Of a stretch of DNA of 64,000 nucleotides, positions 19,823 through 30,693 are shown piece by piece. Position 1 is the first letter of the stretch. Each line of letters opens with the position of its first letter. The notes below the pieces were generated by a model. The model did not search any database. It worked only from the letters and a program-made list of their open reading frames with translations, and was not told the DNA's origin. The stretch is from Bythopirellula sp. (GTDB lineage Bacteria; Planctomycetota; Planctomycetia; Pirellulales; Lacipirellulaceae): assembly GCA_965216565.1 (NCBI GenBank), contig OZ244170.1, positions 4,256,001 to 4,320,000 of the forward strand. The letters are read 5' to 3'. A program made the position numbers and the translations under genes.

Positions 19823-20312
19823 GATGGCCTCCTTCCGTGTCGGCCTATGAGTCGACTTCCTAGTCAATCCGTCACCCATTTGGGCTCCATCCCTTGCTGT
19901 GCCCGTGAAGGAAAGCCTTCAGCGAGCCTTATTCTGATCCCTGTGCGAACGTCCCGTCGCAACGGCACCCAGGCATCTCGTCATGAGGCATCCTGGGGCA
20001 AGTGGAACGGGAGCGTACCAAAACCACCCAAATGTGCCAAGCGCGAAAAAGAAACCAGTAAAAATACGGACTTCGAAGCTGCTAGCGACCCTATGTGGAG
20101 TACCACTCTGGCAGTAATTCCGTGTGGTTTGTTCCGCTTGTAACGATCGCAAGAGCTAACGGCTGAGAAGCGGAATCAGAGCCTCTTTTCAGAGGCCACT
20201 CGGGCACTCGCAACACTGGTAGTAGCCTAAGTTTTAGGGGACTAAAACCACGAATCTCTGCCCCGCGAGGGTCCTCCTCTCGCCATGAAAATAACTTTGG
20301 AAATGAGAAAGT

Positions 20313-22088
20313 ATGTCGGAATCCAAACCTAGTTCTGATTCGGTCGATGCCATTGCTGCCCGACGCGAATATCAGGTCATGAAATGGATGATCGTCGCGG
20401 CAATGGCCGTGGCAACCGCTTCGCCGCTGGCGCTGAACCTGGTCGACCCCGACTTGTGGGGGCACGTCCGCTACGCCCAGGATTGGATTGCCGACGGCAA
20501 GTTGCCTGTCACGGCAACGCATACTTTCACAGCCCCTGATCATCCGTGGATTAATCACGAGAATCTCGCAGAGCTATCCTTCGCATTGGGTCACTCATAT
20601 CTGGGAACGAATGGCCTGTTGATGGCCAAGTGCGCTTGGGGTATGGGAATTATCCTGCTGATGGTTTGGGTTGCTAGCCGCCATGGTGTGCACCCGTTGC
20701 TGAGTTGGGCTGTCATGCTGTTGGTGGCTTCCAACTTGCAAGCCTTCTTCCCGCTGCGTCCGCAACTCTTAAGTTTCGGATTGTGTAGCATCATGCTAGT
20801 GCTGCTCGATTGCGGTTTTAGACTTTGGGAGAGTGAGCGGCGAGTGCGTTGGAAATTTCTCGCTCCGCTACCGTTCGTCTTCATCGTTTGGATCAATTCG
20901 CACGGCGCTGTCGTGGCGGGCTTGTGCATTCTCGGTGCCTACTTGGGGGGGCGATGTATCGAGCTGCTCATCCATCGCAATGAACTAACTACTTCAAACC
21001 TGTTGGGGCTGTCGACCCTAGGACTGGCAAGTGCTGGTGCGACGATCGCGAATCCCTATGGCCTGGAACTGCATCGCTGGTTGGCTTCGTCGCTGGGTCA
21101 GCCTCGGCCTGAGATCACCGAATGGGCACCGCCCGCCTTGGGCGACCCTATATTCTGGCCCTGGATTACGCTGCTGGCCCTGATGGTGCTGAGTTTGGTT
21201 GGGACACGTTTGCGTCGTGATTGGGTGCAGATTGCGATTCTCGCCCTCGTGGCCTGGCAATCGGCTTCGCACCTTAGGCACATTGCATTCCTGGCGATCC
21301 TATGCGGCTTCTGGCTGCCCGCGCATCTGCAATCGGCCCTGGGTCGCTTGCGCCCTCGTTCTGCCCAACGACTGGGGATCATGCGACTCTCGCCCTGGCT
21401 GCGCCGAGCAGGACTCGCGGCACTGATGTTGAGTATCGGATTGCAAGGCATGGTGCTGGGCCGTCGATTGACAGATTTCCCGGTAGATCGCGCCTTCTAT
21501 CCGGTCGACGCAATTGAATTTATGTCTCAGGAGCAGCTCACCGGCAAGCTGGTAGTCTCTTTCAACTGGGCCCAATATGCCATTGCCGCCTTGGCTCCAG
21601 ATGTTGAAGTCGCTTTTGATGGTCGGTTTCGAACTTGCTATCCCCAAGAGATCGTCGATATGCACTTCGATTTTCTGTTGGGAGAAAACGAGGGCAAACG
21701 GTATCGGAGCGAAGCCTCGGGTCCCATCGATGGGTCGCGCGTGCTGAGCTACGGTGCTCCAGACTTGGTGCTAGTGGATCGTAGCTACGATCATGCCGTG
21801 GGCGTCATGCAAGACGTCACAGCCCGACAGCCGGGGAGTTGGACGTTGCTCTATCGCGATGCGACGGCGGAGTTGTGGGGACGAACCACCCGCTACGATC
21901 TGCCCACCAGCGAGCAGTATTTGCCACTGGCCGCCCGGTTGATCGACGACAGCGAAAAGATCGGCGGAGTGGCGTGGCCCGCGCTTCCCTGCCCTCCAAG
22001 TGCCAAGCCCCGGGAAACGAGCCAGTTAGCCGAACAAGATTCAGAAACGAAACCAGCGACATCACTACCCCAAGCCCAAGCCATTTAA
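20313..22088 (+). CDS. Polytopic membrane protein, possible GT-C-fold glycosyltransferase
   Basis: Many TM segments; DPDLWGH, PWINHE, RPQL, WINSHG, NPYG, ITEW, FDGR motifs; adjacent to a GT2 gene. Confidence 0.65.
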   Translation: MSESKPSSDSVDAIAARREYQVMKWMIVAAMAVATASPLALNLVDPDLWGHVRYAQDWIADGKLPVTATHTFTAPDHPWINHENLAELSFALGHSYLGTNGLLMAKCAWGMGIILLMVWVASRHGVHPLLSWAVMLLVASNLQAFFPLRPQLLSFGLCSIMLVLLDCGFRLWESERRVRWKFLAPLPFVFIVWINSHGAVVAGLCILGAYLGGRCIELLIHRNELTTSNLLGLSTLGLASAGATIANPYGLELHRWLASSLGQPRPEITEWAPPALGDPIFWPWITLLALMVLSLVGTRLRRDWVQIAILALVAWQSASHLRHIAFLAILCGFWLPAHLQSALGRLRPRSAQRLGIMRLSPWLRRAGLAALMLSIGLQGMVLGRRLTDFPVDRAFYPVDAIEFMSQEQLTGKLVVSFNWAQYAIAALAPDVEVAFDGRFRTCYPQEIVDMHFDFLLGENEGKRYRSEASGPIDGSRVLSYGAPDLVLVDRSYDHAVGVMQDVTARQPGSWTLLYRDATAELWGRTTRYDLPTSEQYLPLAARLIDDSEKIGGVAWPALPCPPSAKPRETSQLAEQDSETKPATSLPQAQAI

Positions 22089-22112
22089 GTTTTCCCTGAG
22101 AGGAACTTCTCC

Positions 22113-23003
22113 ATGAATAACGTCCAAACGTTGCCCGCCGATCCAGAATTTGTTGAGCCACAGAATGCCGTCACTCAGACTCCGACTCCCACTGCCGTGC
22201 CACCGACGGTCGATCAAGAGTATCTCCAACGGATGGAGTCGACCCTCGACGCCGCGTCACAAACGCTCTCCCAAGAGATGGATGCCGACAAGCCGGCAGC
22301 GGATGAAAAGCGGACCAAGCTTGCATTGTCGATTGTGATTCCCGTTTACAACGAGCGAGATACGATTCGCAAGATTGTCGACCTGGTACGAGCTCAGGAA
22401 TTGCATCACGAGATTATCATTGTCGACGACTTTAGTATCGACGGCACGCGCGAGGTTCTACTAGAGCTTGCCGGCGAACCAGATATCCAAGTGATGATGC
22501 ATGGCTACAACCAGGGCAAAGGGGCAGCGCTTCGTACAGGATTCAAGATGGCCCACGGCGATGTGGTGCTGATCCAAGATGCTGATTTGGAGTACGATCC
22601 CAGCGATTACGCCCAACTTCTAGAGCCTCTAGAAAGTGGCGAGGCAAACGTCGTTTACGGATCGCGCTTCCTGCAAAATGCCGAACAAGATCCTTCGAAG
22701 ATACATCGCTTTGGCAACTGGCTGCTCACTACTTGTAGCAATCTATTCACAGGCCAACATCTCACCGACATGGAAACGTGCTACAAAGCGTTCCGTCGAG
22801 AGATTCTCGACAAGATCAGTATCGAGCAAAATCGCTTCGGATTCGAACCGGAAATCACTGGCAAACTATCGCGACTGGGATATCCCATCGTCGAAGTGCC
22901 TATTGGCTACAATGCGCGTGGTTACGAAGAGGGGAAGAAGATCGGTTTCCGCGATGCGGTCAATGCCTTCTGGTGCATCGTAAAATATCGCAATTGGGGT
23001 TAG
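22113..23003 (+). CDS. GT2 polyprenyl-phosphate glycosyltransferase (DPM1-like)
   Basis: SIVIPVYNE, VDDFSIDGT, NQGKGAALRTG, IQDADLEYDP, TDMETCYK, FGFEPEIT. Confidence 0.93.
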   Translation: MNNVQTLPADPEFVEPQNAVTQTPTPTAVPPTVDQEYLQRMESTLDAASQTLSQEMDADKPAADEKRTKLALSIVIPVYNERDTIRKIVDLVRAQELHHEIIIVDDFSIDGTREVLLELAGEPDIQVMMHGYNQGKGAALRTGFKMAHGDVVLIQDADLEYDPSDYAQLLEPLESGEANVVYGSRFLQNAEQDPSKIHRFGNWLLTTCSNLFTGQHLTDMETCYKAFRREILDKISIEQNRFGFEPEITGKLSRLGYPIVEVPIGYNARGYEEGKKIGFRDAVNAFWCIVKYRNWG

Positions 23004-23146
23004 AAAAATTACCCTTTGCACTGAAAAAGCCGTGTCGCGACGCAACGCGCGGCAATCCCGTACCCTACTCGCCTAGCTGCGTGCGAGGTACAATCGGATC
23101 TTGCTATCTAGAGTTATTCAGGATGCTATCGCGATCCGAGTGGACT

Positions 23147-23398
23147 ATGCAACTGTCCCCCGAAGTAGACGAGATTCTTCAAGAGGTATGTTCGATCCGT
23201 GCAGAGCGGAAGCAAAAGCTTGATCGAGACATGCATTTTATCGATGCGATGTACGATCGAAAGATTCGCCGTGTGCACTCGGCTTCATTTTGGAATCGGC
23301 CCTATTGCTCCTGCGTTTCCAAGCAGCCTTTCTGCCTAAGACGATTTTGCACTCGCCGAGTAAGATGGCTTCGACATCAGTTTCGAAGATCTGGCTGA
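23147..23398 (+). CDS. Possible small hypothetical protein
   Basis: Short ORF in an otherwise empty gap; helical-looking N-half; no motif recognised. Confidence 0.3.
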   Translation: MQLSPEVDEILQEVCSIRAERKQKLDRDMHFIDAMYDRKIRRVHSASFWNRPYCSCVSKQPFCLRRFCTRRVRWLRHQFRRSG

Positions 23399-23661
23399 GC
23401 CAGCGGCTGCTAAGTTTGTATCGTGCGACGCCTCTCACCGCGGGTAGACGATAGCGACGCGGCTAATCTTCCGAATTCAAAAAGGTCTGCAGGCAGCCGC
23501 GTTGCCACGTAACTCGAGGCAACTAATTAGCTCGATTTGCTCTGGCCCTTCTATTAGCAAGTGATTGTGATTAGCATTACTTGGGCAGGCAGGTGCTTTT
23601 TTCTCTGCCGTGATTTTTTTGCTCTGTTAATAAACCCGCACCAATAAATTCAGGTGGTTCC

Positions 23662-25071
23662 ATGGATTCTAAGAATCACAATCGTCGCACCTTTGTTAAA
23701 CACACCGGTGGAGTAGCTGCCACGGTAGCGGCCGTTCCCTATTTCTTATCCGCCACCAAGACTTTGGCGGATGAAAGCAAATCGAAGAATGACCGGTTGC
23801 GAATAGGCTTGATCGGAGCGGGCGGTATGGGAGTCGGCAACCTGCATGTAGCAAAGGAGTGGGCTGATACGGTAGCGATTGCCGACGTTGACAGCAACAA
23901 ATCGGGCTGGGGCAATCAGGAACTCACCGGTGGCAAAGCAGATGAATACAAAGACTACCGCAAGCTACTGGAGCGTGATGACCTAGATGCCATTCACATC
24001 GCAACGCCTGACCACTGGCACGCGAAGCAGTTGATTGAGGCTTTGCATGCTGGACACGACGTGTATTGCGAAAAGCCACTCACGCTGACCATTGAGGAGG
24101 GCCAACAAGTTCGCAACGCTGTGCAGGAAACAGGCAAAATTGTGCAGGTTGGCACCCAACAACGCAGCACGTTCGAGTTGTTTACCAAAGCGATTGCCAT
24201 CGTCGCTGCGGGGCGATTGGGGAAAATCAAACGCGTGCAGGCTGCCATCGGTGGTTCCCCGGCTTCGCCTTCGATTCCCACTGCCAGTGTTCCTCCAAAT
24301 TGGGATTGGGATCGTTGGATTGGTCCAGCCGAGATGGTGGACTATCGCTTGAAGAAAGTTATGGTCCCCAACGAAAACGCCGAAGGTGACCAGCCAAAAG
24401 AAAAAGAAATTGCCTACACCAATGGTCATTTCGAGTTCCGCTGGTGGTACCACTTTTCGGGAGGCAAGTTGACTGACTGGGGCGCTCACCACGTAGACAT
24501 TGCGGCCTGGGCCTTGGAAGTGAATGGCCAATCCGCCGTGCCGTTGTCAATTGGCGGTTGGGCCAAACACCCAGTACCTTTCAAGGATGGGTATCCTACG
24601 GTCAACGATCGTTACAACACGGCTCTCGAATTTTCGCTCCGTGCCGAACTGCCCGACGATGTGGACATGATCATTCGGCACGATACCGATAATGGTGTGT
24701 TGATTGAGGGCGAGAAGGGACGAATTTTCGTCAACCGTGGCAAGCTGGTGGGTAAACCCGTTGAGGAGCTCCAAGAAAATCCCTTGCCTGACGGTACGTT
24801 GCAGAAAGTCTACGGCGGTATGCCGATGGAGCATAACGAGCGCAAGGCCCACTGGGCCAACTTCTTCCACTGCATCAAGGAGCGAAAGCAACCGATCTCA
24901 GACGTCGAATCGCACATGCGTGCGCTAAATATCTGCCATCTGGCGGGCATCACCGCACGGCTTGGCCGAACGATCCATTGGGATGGAGAGACAGAGAAGA
25001 TCGTGGGCGACGACCAGGCGAGCGCATTCCTCAGACGGGAATATCGCAAGGGTTACGAGATAGAGGTTTGA
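23662..25071 (+). CDS. Gfo/Idh/MocA oxidoreductase with Tat signal
   Basis: NRRTFVK twin-arginine signal, IGAGGMG, ATPDHWH, YCEKPL, QVGTQQRS, TDWGAHH. Confidence 0.95.
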   Translation: MDSKNHNRRTFVKHTGGVAATVAAVPYFLSATKTLADESKSKNDRLRIGLIGAGGMGVGNLHVAKEWADTVAIADVDSNKSGWGNQELTGGKADEYKDYRKLLERDDLDAIHIATPDHWHAKQLIEALHAGHDVYCEKPLTLTIEEGQQVRNAVQETGKIVQVGTQQRSTFELFTKAIAIVAAGRLGKIKRVQAAIGGSPASPSIPTASVPPNWDWDRWIGPAEMVDYRLKKVMVPNENAEGDQPKEKEIAYTNGHFEFRWWYHFSGGKLTDWGAHHVDIAAWALEVNGQSAVPLSIGGWAKHPVPFKDGYPTVNDRYNTALEFSLRAELPDDVDMIIRHDTDNGVLIEGEKGRIFVNRGKLVGKPVEELQENPLPDGTLQKVYGGMPMEHNERKAHWANFFHCIKERKQPISDVESHMRALNICHLAGITARLGRTIHWDGETEKIVGDDQASAFLRREYRKGYEIEV

Positions 25072-25152
25072 GAAGAAATCGAGGACGGCAGAGCCCAGAT
25101 CGCGGCTAATACCGCACCTCAACAACCAAACAGCTCACTTCAAACTTGATCG

Positions 25153-26316
25153 TCACTCCTGCTCCATGTACTTCGCATTGACCGTAGTATCGGGCGGGCC
25201 AAAGTCGTAAATGCGGTACTGCTTGGTGATTTTGGCGCCGCCTTTCTTCAGAGTTTTGTAGGAGAGGTCATTGCTCTCCAGCACCCAGGAGAATTCTGCT
25301 TCTTGAATGCCCCACTCCAGTGCAGCCGGAACTAGTCGGCCCACCAGTGCGATACCAATGCCCCAACTTTGATATTCGGGTAGCACGTTTGTACTGATTA
25401 GCCGAACCCGTTTCAGTTCATTGCGTTTGCGGAACAGTTTTAAGAAGCCTAGCGGAAACAGCTTGCCATCCATCGCCTTGATGCGCGGATTGTAGTCCAG
25501 TAGCCCAAACATTGTCCCGACGGGTTTGCCTTTGATCTCTGCCATGGTCGTGAGTTCAGGCACGATCATGTGTTTCATGCCGGCGGCTTGCTTGCGAACT
25601 TCGCCATCAGACATCGGCACAAATCCCCAAGTGGAGACCAGTGACTGGTTGTAAATATCTAAAAAAGTTTCCAGCTCTTGCTCGAAGCGACTAATGTCCA
25701 TCGGACGACATTTGAGCTCGAAGCGATCCAAGACAATGTGGCTTAGCTGATGCAAGCGTTTCGTAACTTCCTCGAGCATGTCGACGTGGCCCCAAAAGGC
25801 GAACAAATCTTGGGCCTTGCGAAAACCGTACGCTTTGAGCAGGTCGTCGTAGTACGGCTTGTTGTAGGTCATCATGAACCAGGGTGATTCGTGGAACCCA
25901 TCGATGAGCAAACCGCATTCGTAGTTGAGCGAAGGATTCACGGGACCGCGAATCGCTTCGATTTCGTGGCTGGCAAACCACTCCCGCGCCGCGTCGAATA
26001 GCCGACCGGCGGTCTCTTCGTTTTCGTCGGACTCGAAAAAACCAAAAAAACCGCGATTCTCTTCGTAGCGACGGTTGTGAGCATGATTGATAATTGCCGC
26101 CACGCGACCGCACGGTTTGCCATCGCGTTTGGCTAGGAAGCACTGGATCTCGGCGTCGTCGTAAAAAGGGTGCTTCCTAAAGTTCAGCAATTCCTTCTGG
26201 ACGATACGAATGGGGGGAACCCAGTTTGGATCGTCCCGATAATGGTCCCAAGGGAAGTTGAAGAATTGCTTACGCTCGCTGCGGGTCGAGACGGGGATGA
26301 CTTCCAACTGAGGCAT
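25153..26316 (-). CDS. GNAT-fold N-acetyltransferase (YghO-like)
   Basis: DPNWVPP, GRVAAI, GFFGFFE, MTYNKPYY, SWVLESN; start placed at MPQLEVIPV. Confidence 0.85.
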   Translation of the reverse strand: MPQLEVIPVSTRSERKQFFNFPWDHYRDDPNWVPPIRIVQKELLNFRKHPFYDDAEIQCFLAKRDGKPCGRVAAIINHAHNRRYEENRGFFGFFESDENEETAGRLFDAAREWFASHEIEAIRGPVNPSLNYECGLLIDGFHESPWFMMTYNKPYYDDLLKAYGFRKAQDLFAFWGHVDMLEEVTKRLHQLSHIVLDRFELKCRPMDISRFEQELETFLDIYNQSLVSTWGFVPMSDGEVRKQAAGMKHMIVPELTTMAEIKGKPVGTMFGLLDYNPRIKAMDGKLFPLGFLKLFRKRNELKRVRLISTNVLPEYQSWGIGIALVGRLVPAALEWGIQEAEFSWVLESNDLSYKTLKKGGAKITKQYRIYDFGPPDTTVNAKYMEQE

Positions 26317-26589
26317 ATTGAAGAGCGCTGGTTTAGGAATTCTAACGGCGGCGATGGACTGACCACTGTAAACGTAGGCTCTAGGGGCGGTCAAGGAAGG
26401 GATGGAGACGGGAGCTAAAGGTCCGGGGTCCAGAGCAGGCTTGAAGTACGGAAACAGGCTGTCTTAGATGACTCTGGAGGCTCAACTCTTAGCTCTAGAC
26501 CCCTCTAGCCCTTGACGCTCCAACGTCTGGAAGGCAAGTTTTTGTCATCTGACGGTTGTTTTTTGTTCAGTTGGCGTACGAGCTTTCTC

Positions 26590-27606
26590 ATGTCTCAAGC
26601 ATTGGTCACAGGAGCGACGGGCTTTGTTGGTTCAAACCTTGTGGAGCAATTGCGTAGTCGCGGTTGGGATGTCAATTGTTTGGTCCGCGACTCCAACCGA
26701 GCACAGCACTTGGGAGATCTTGGCGCGAAACTAAGCCCCGGCGAATTGGGCGATCGAAAGAGCCTCGATCAGGCCATGAAAGACTGCGATGTGGTGTATC
26801 ACGTCGCCGCCAGGGTGCATGCACTCAACGAGTCGCAATTCCAGCGCGACAATGTGACGGGGACCAGGAACGTGGTCGAAGCCTGTGCCGCTTGCGACAA
26901 CATACCCACCTTGGTTTATGTTAGTTCGTTGGCTGCCGGGGGACCTAGTCAACCTGGGCAGCCCAAATCTGAAGCCGACGAAGAGCATCCAGTATCGTCC
27001 TACGGCGAAAGCAAGCTGGCTGCTGAACGAGTTCTGCAGACGTTTGCTGGGAAGGTGCCGGTGTCGATCGTCCGTCCGCCTATTGTGTTTGGTCAGCGCG
27101 ACACGTCGAGTTTGGCAATCTTTAAGGGCGTCAAGAATTTGCATCTACACCTGGTCCCTGGCTGGCGCAGTTTCCCAGTTTCGGTAGTTCATGTGACCGA
27201 CCTTTGCGATGCACTGATTCGAGTGGGTGAAAAAGGTGAGCGACTTTCGCCCCGTCCGGATGATTGCTCGGTCGACGCTTCGGGAAAATACCATGTGGCA
27301 GCCGAACGTACGCTGCACTACGGGGAACTGGGGCACTTAGCAGGCAAGTCACTTGAGTGTGCGGCGATTGCTTTGCACGTACCACGGTTCATGATGTGGA
27401 TCGCCGGAGGGTGGGTCGAGCTGGTCGGCCAGGTGAAGGGTCAACCAGGTATATTAAATCTCGATAAAGTGCGCGAAGCCGTAGCAAGCGGTTGGGAATG
27501 TTGCGACGAAAAGATCCGTAACGAACTCGGCTATCGGCCTGCAGCAACACTTGAGGAACGATTTGACGAAACGGCCCAGTGGTATCGCCAAGCCGGGTGG
27601 CTATAA
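26590..27606 (+). CDS. NAD-dependent epimerase/dehydratase family protein
   Basis: ALVTGATGFVG, YVSSLAA, YGESK, RPPIVFG. Confidence 0.93.
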   Translation: MSQALVTGATGFVGSNLVEQLRSRGWDVNCLVRDSNRAQHLGDLGAKLSPGELGDRKSLDQAMKDCDVVYHVAARVHALNESQFQRDNVTGTRNVVEACAACDNIPTLVYVSSLAAGGPSQPGQPKSEADEEHPVSSYGESKLAAERVLQTFAGKVPVSIVRPPIVFGQRDTSSLAIFKGVKNLHLHLVPGWRSFPVSVVHVTDLCDALIRVGEKGERLSPRPDDCSVDASGKYHVAAERTLHYGELGHLAGKSLECAAIALHVPRFMMWIAGGWVELVGQVKGQPGILNLDKVREAVASGWECCDEKIRNELGYRPAATLEERFDETAQWYRQAGWL

Positions 27607-27664
27607 GATAAGTCTCGAAGAGAATTCGAGGCGCTGGGCCCGTTTTTTAAGAAGGCAATAAATA

Positions 27665-28990
27665 ATGGTTGAACAGCCTAAGGTGCGACAGGAAGATCTC
27701 GAAATCACCGTTCTCGGGCCGCGAGAGGTTCGTTCGCCGCTGCGGAGATCCTCAAAAATGGACATAGGCCTCAGCAGCTTTACGCCCGATGACATGCGTG
27801 TGCTTTATGAGCCACGGTTCCGGCTACGCGAAGCAATTTGCAAGACTTCCTTTGAGCGCGCTGGAGCCCGCCAAGAAATCTTCTTTCAACCAGAAAAAAC
27901 TACTGCCGCCGTGGTCACTTGCGGGGGTCTCTGTCCTGGTATCAACAATGTGATCCGAGCACTCGCCCACGAACTGCAGTTCAACTACGGGGTGAAGCGT
28001 GTCTTGGGTATCCGCTATGGATATCGTGGGTTGGGGCCGGAATCGGAGCGTCCTCCGCTTGAGTTGACTCCGGAGGCTGTGGAAGACATCCATCACCTCG
28101 GGGGATCAATACTGGGGAGTTCACGCGGACATCAGGATCCTGCTGAGACCGTCAATTATCTGGAACAAGCTGGAATCGATATATTGTTCTGCATCGGAGG
28201 CGACGGCACCCAGCGGGGGGCACACGATATTGCTCAAGAAGTCAGCCGTAGGAAACTGCCTATTGGAATCGTTGGCATTCCCAAGACCATCGATAACGAC
28301 ATCAAATTTTGCTATCGCACATTCGGATTCTACACGGCAGTTGCGGAGGCAGAACGGGTCATCGATTGTGCGCATGTTGAGGCGAAGGGTGCGCTGAATG
28401 GCGTGGGGCTAGTGAAACTGATGGGTCGCGAAGCAGGGTTCATAGCCGCCGCGGCCACTGTGGCTAGTGGCGAAGCAAATTTTACGCTGATTCCAGAAGA
28501 GTCGTTCGAGCTAGAAGGCGAGAACGGTTTTCTGCCAGCCCTTAAGCGACGTCTGGGATCTCGGCAACACGCGGTGGTAGTTGTCGCAGAAGGCGCGGGA
28601 CAAAATCTCCTTGCGGATGCTGGTTTCGAGTGTGATGCTTCAGGCAATCGACGCCTGGGAGACATTGGATTGTTCTTGAAACAACAGATCATTGATTACG
28701 GGAAACGAGAGGAATTTCCAATTGAGGTGAAATACTTCGACCCTAGCTACTACATCCGCAGTGTCCCTGCGAAACCTGCGGATAGCCTGCTCTGCGAAAA
28801 CTTGGCACGTCGTGCAGCCCATGCTGGGATGGCAGGCAAGACCGACCTGTTAATAGGCATGTGGCATAATCACTTAATCCACGTGCCATTAGCTGTTTCA
28901 ACAGGGGCCAAGAAGCGGCTTTCTACAGACGGCGAGCTATGGACTTCTGTGCTGTCGATCACAGGTCAACAGCAATGGCAGCAACCGTGA
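27665..28990 (+). CDS. pfkA: ATP-dependent 6-phosphofructokinase
   Basis: TCGGLCPGINNVIR, GGSILGSSRG, IGGDGT, GIPKTIDND, KLMGREAG, VAEGAGQ. Confidence 0.95.
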   Translation: MVEQPKVRQEDLEITVLGPREVRSPLRRSSKMDIGLSSFTPDDMRVLYEPRFRLREAICKTSFERAGARQEIFFQPEKTTAAVVTCGGLCPGINNVIRALAHELQFNYGVKRVLGIRYGYRGLGPESERPPLELTPEAVEDIHHLGGSILGSSRGHQDPAETVNYLEQAGIDILFCIGGDGTQRGAHDIAQEVSRRKLPIGIVGIPKTIDNDIKFCYRTFGFYTAVAEAERVIDCAHVEAKGALNGVGLVKLMGREAGFIAAAATVASGEANFTLIPEESFELEGENGFLPALKRRLGSRQHAVVVVAEGAGQNLLADAGFECDASGNRRLGDIGLFLKQQIIDYGKREEFPIEVKYFDPSYYIRSVPAKPADSLLCENLARRAAHAGMAGKTDLLIGMWHNHLIHVPLAVSTGAKKRLSTDGELWTSVLSITGQQQWQQP

Positions 28991-29051
28991 TCAGACGAGC
29001 TTCAGCCTGAACAGCTTTGACGGTGCAATTCCAAGTTTCCGCTAGCCAAGA

Positions 29052-30350
29052 TCAAAAGAATGGGTTTTCGTCGTCGGGATCTTCTTCTGGTTCTTCTTCG
29101 GGTTGGAAAGGACTATCCTCAAACGCTCTCGGTTCTTCAGGCGCAACTTCCGCAGTTCCTGGACGAGCAAAGGGGTTTTCGTCCTCTTCAGGTGCTTCCT
29201 CTTTTTCCTCAGCAGGCAGAAGTCGATAGTAGGTAGGCTCGGTCGTCCCCGTCTCTCTGAGGCATTGAACTAGTCCACGGTTATTTACCAAGAATAGGCT
29301 ATCCGACTTGTCGTTGACCAATGCAGTCGTGCCCGTGCCGGCGTCCAATTGCCCCAAGACTCCGCCGGTTTCTTTTTCCAGCACGACAAGATTTCCATAC
29401 CGATCCAAGCCATAAACATTTTTTGCACCTTCGGAGGCAAATTGAGCGATGCCTTGCACCTCCCATCGGGGCTGACCCGTTTCGAAATGCACGGCATGCA
29501 AGGCGGGTTCTTCACTGGCGACGTAGGCCGTTCTCGCCACAACTGCTGGCCTTTTTACAATCGGATGTCCCGTGGAGTATCGCCAAACCTCGGCACCGGT
29601 TAACTCATGCACGCAGTAGATATAACCGTCCCGCGACGTGACGTATAAGTAAGGTTCTAGCTCGGCCGGTTGGGCGACGATTTCGGCATTGGTTTCTACC
29701 CGGTATAGCACACGCGGTCTATTTGCTTGAGACACATAGAGATAGCCACGATCGGTAGGCCAGGTAACAACCTTGCCAGTGGCTGTGGGTGCGTAGAAAA
29801 TTCGACCAATCGATTGATGGTACCAAGCATCTTGGGTTGGATCTTCTAGCGAGTAAGCTTCTACAGTCCCGTTGAACATCGCGGCGAAGACATACTCCTC
29901 GCTAAGTATTGGGGCAGCTGCGGGTGCGCCCCCCAATCGCTGAGTAATCCGCAAGTGGCCGCTCTTCACATCAAACAGATGAAGATAGGTGCCATTGATG
30001 ACGGCTACATACTGATCGTTCGCTTCCATGCCAACAAAGGAGTCGTGTCGCGAGGGAACCCGAACAGTCCAAGCCGTCGCCCCAGTCTCCGCGTCAAGTG
30101 CTTGGAGTGTTCCTCCTGACGACAGCGAATAGAGACGATCGTTATGAAGCTTCCAATTAACAATACGATTTCGAGATACATCGACACCAACTTGCGCGAA
30201 CCAAACTCGCTGTAATCCAAGCCGTTGGGCTTGATTGGTTTGGATGAGCTCCGAGCAGTGACCAGTGCTGGATAAACAGAATCCCAGCACGGTGGCCGTC
30301 AAGCATCTGGCGAAAGCACTGTTGAACATATCCCCTAGTTTTCCATGCAT
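29052..30350 (-). CDS. Secreted PQQ-like beta-propeller (BamB-like) protein with acidic Pro-rich tail
   Basis: Signal peptide; repeated ALDAETG..W / TGAEVW / ETGQPRW blades. Confidence 0.85.
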   Translation of the reverse strand: MHGKLGDMFNSAFARCLTATVLGFCLSSTGHCSELIQTNQAQRLGLQRVWFAQVGVDVSRNRIVNWKLHNDRLYSLSSGGTLQALDAETGATAWTVRVPSRHDSFVGMEANDQYVAVINGTYLHLFDVKSGHLRITQRLGGAPAAAPILSEEYVFAAMFNGTVEAYSLEDPTQDAWYHQSIGRIFYAPTATGKVVTWPTDRGYLYVSQANRPRVLYRVETNAEIVAQPAELEPYLYVTSRDGYIYCVHELTGAEVWRYSTGHPIVKRPAVVARTAYVASEEPALHAVHFETGQPRWEVQGIAQFASEGAKNVYGLDRYGNLVVLEKETGGVLGQLDAGTGTTALVNDKSDSLFLVNNRGLVQCLRETGTTEPTYYRLLPAEEKEEAPEEDENPFARPGTAEVAPEEPRAFEDSPFQPEEEPEEDPDDENPFF

Positions 30351-30693
30351 GTGTTTTGGAATCCGAATATAGCCGCGGAAAAGTTGTTAATACTTGATAC
30401 CAAGTCTTATTCTAGTCAGAACTTATCGATGCAGCAAAAAGCTTAAGTCATCGATTATTGGCTCTTCGCTGGCAATAAGTCCCTCTATCCCAAGAGGTAG
30501 CGCTACTAACAGCACACAGGCCAGATTTGGCATCTAGACCATCTTGGTAGCCGTCCTCTACGATAAACACCGATAAACGCAGCCAAAATAGCCTTCAGCC
30601 AATGGGTCATCGCGACCTGCGAATGTCGTCCTCAGACGAACGCCCCGTGTCAGAAGCGATGCTATTCTTTCGGAACCTGGATTAGAACTTGCC

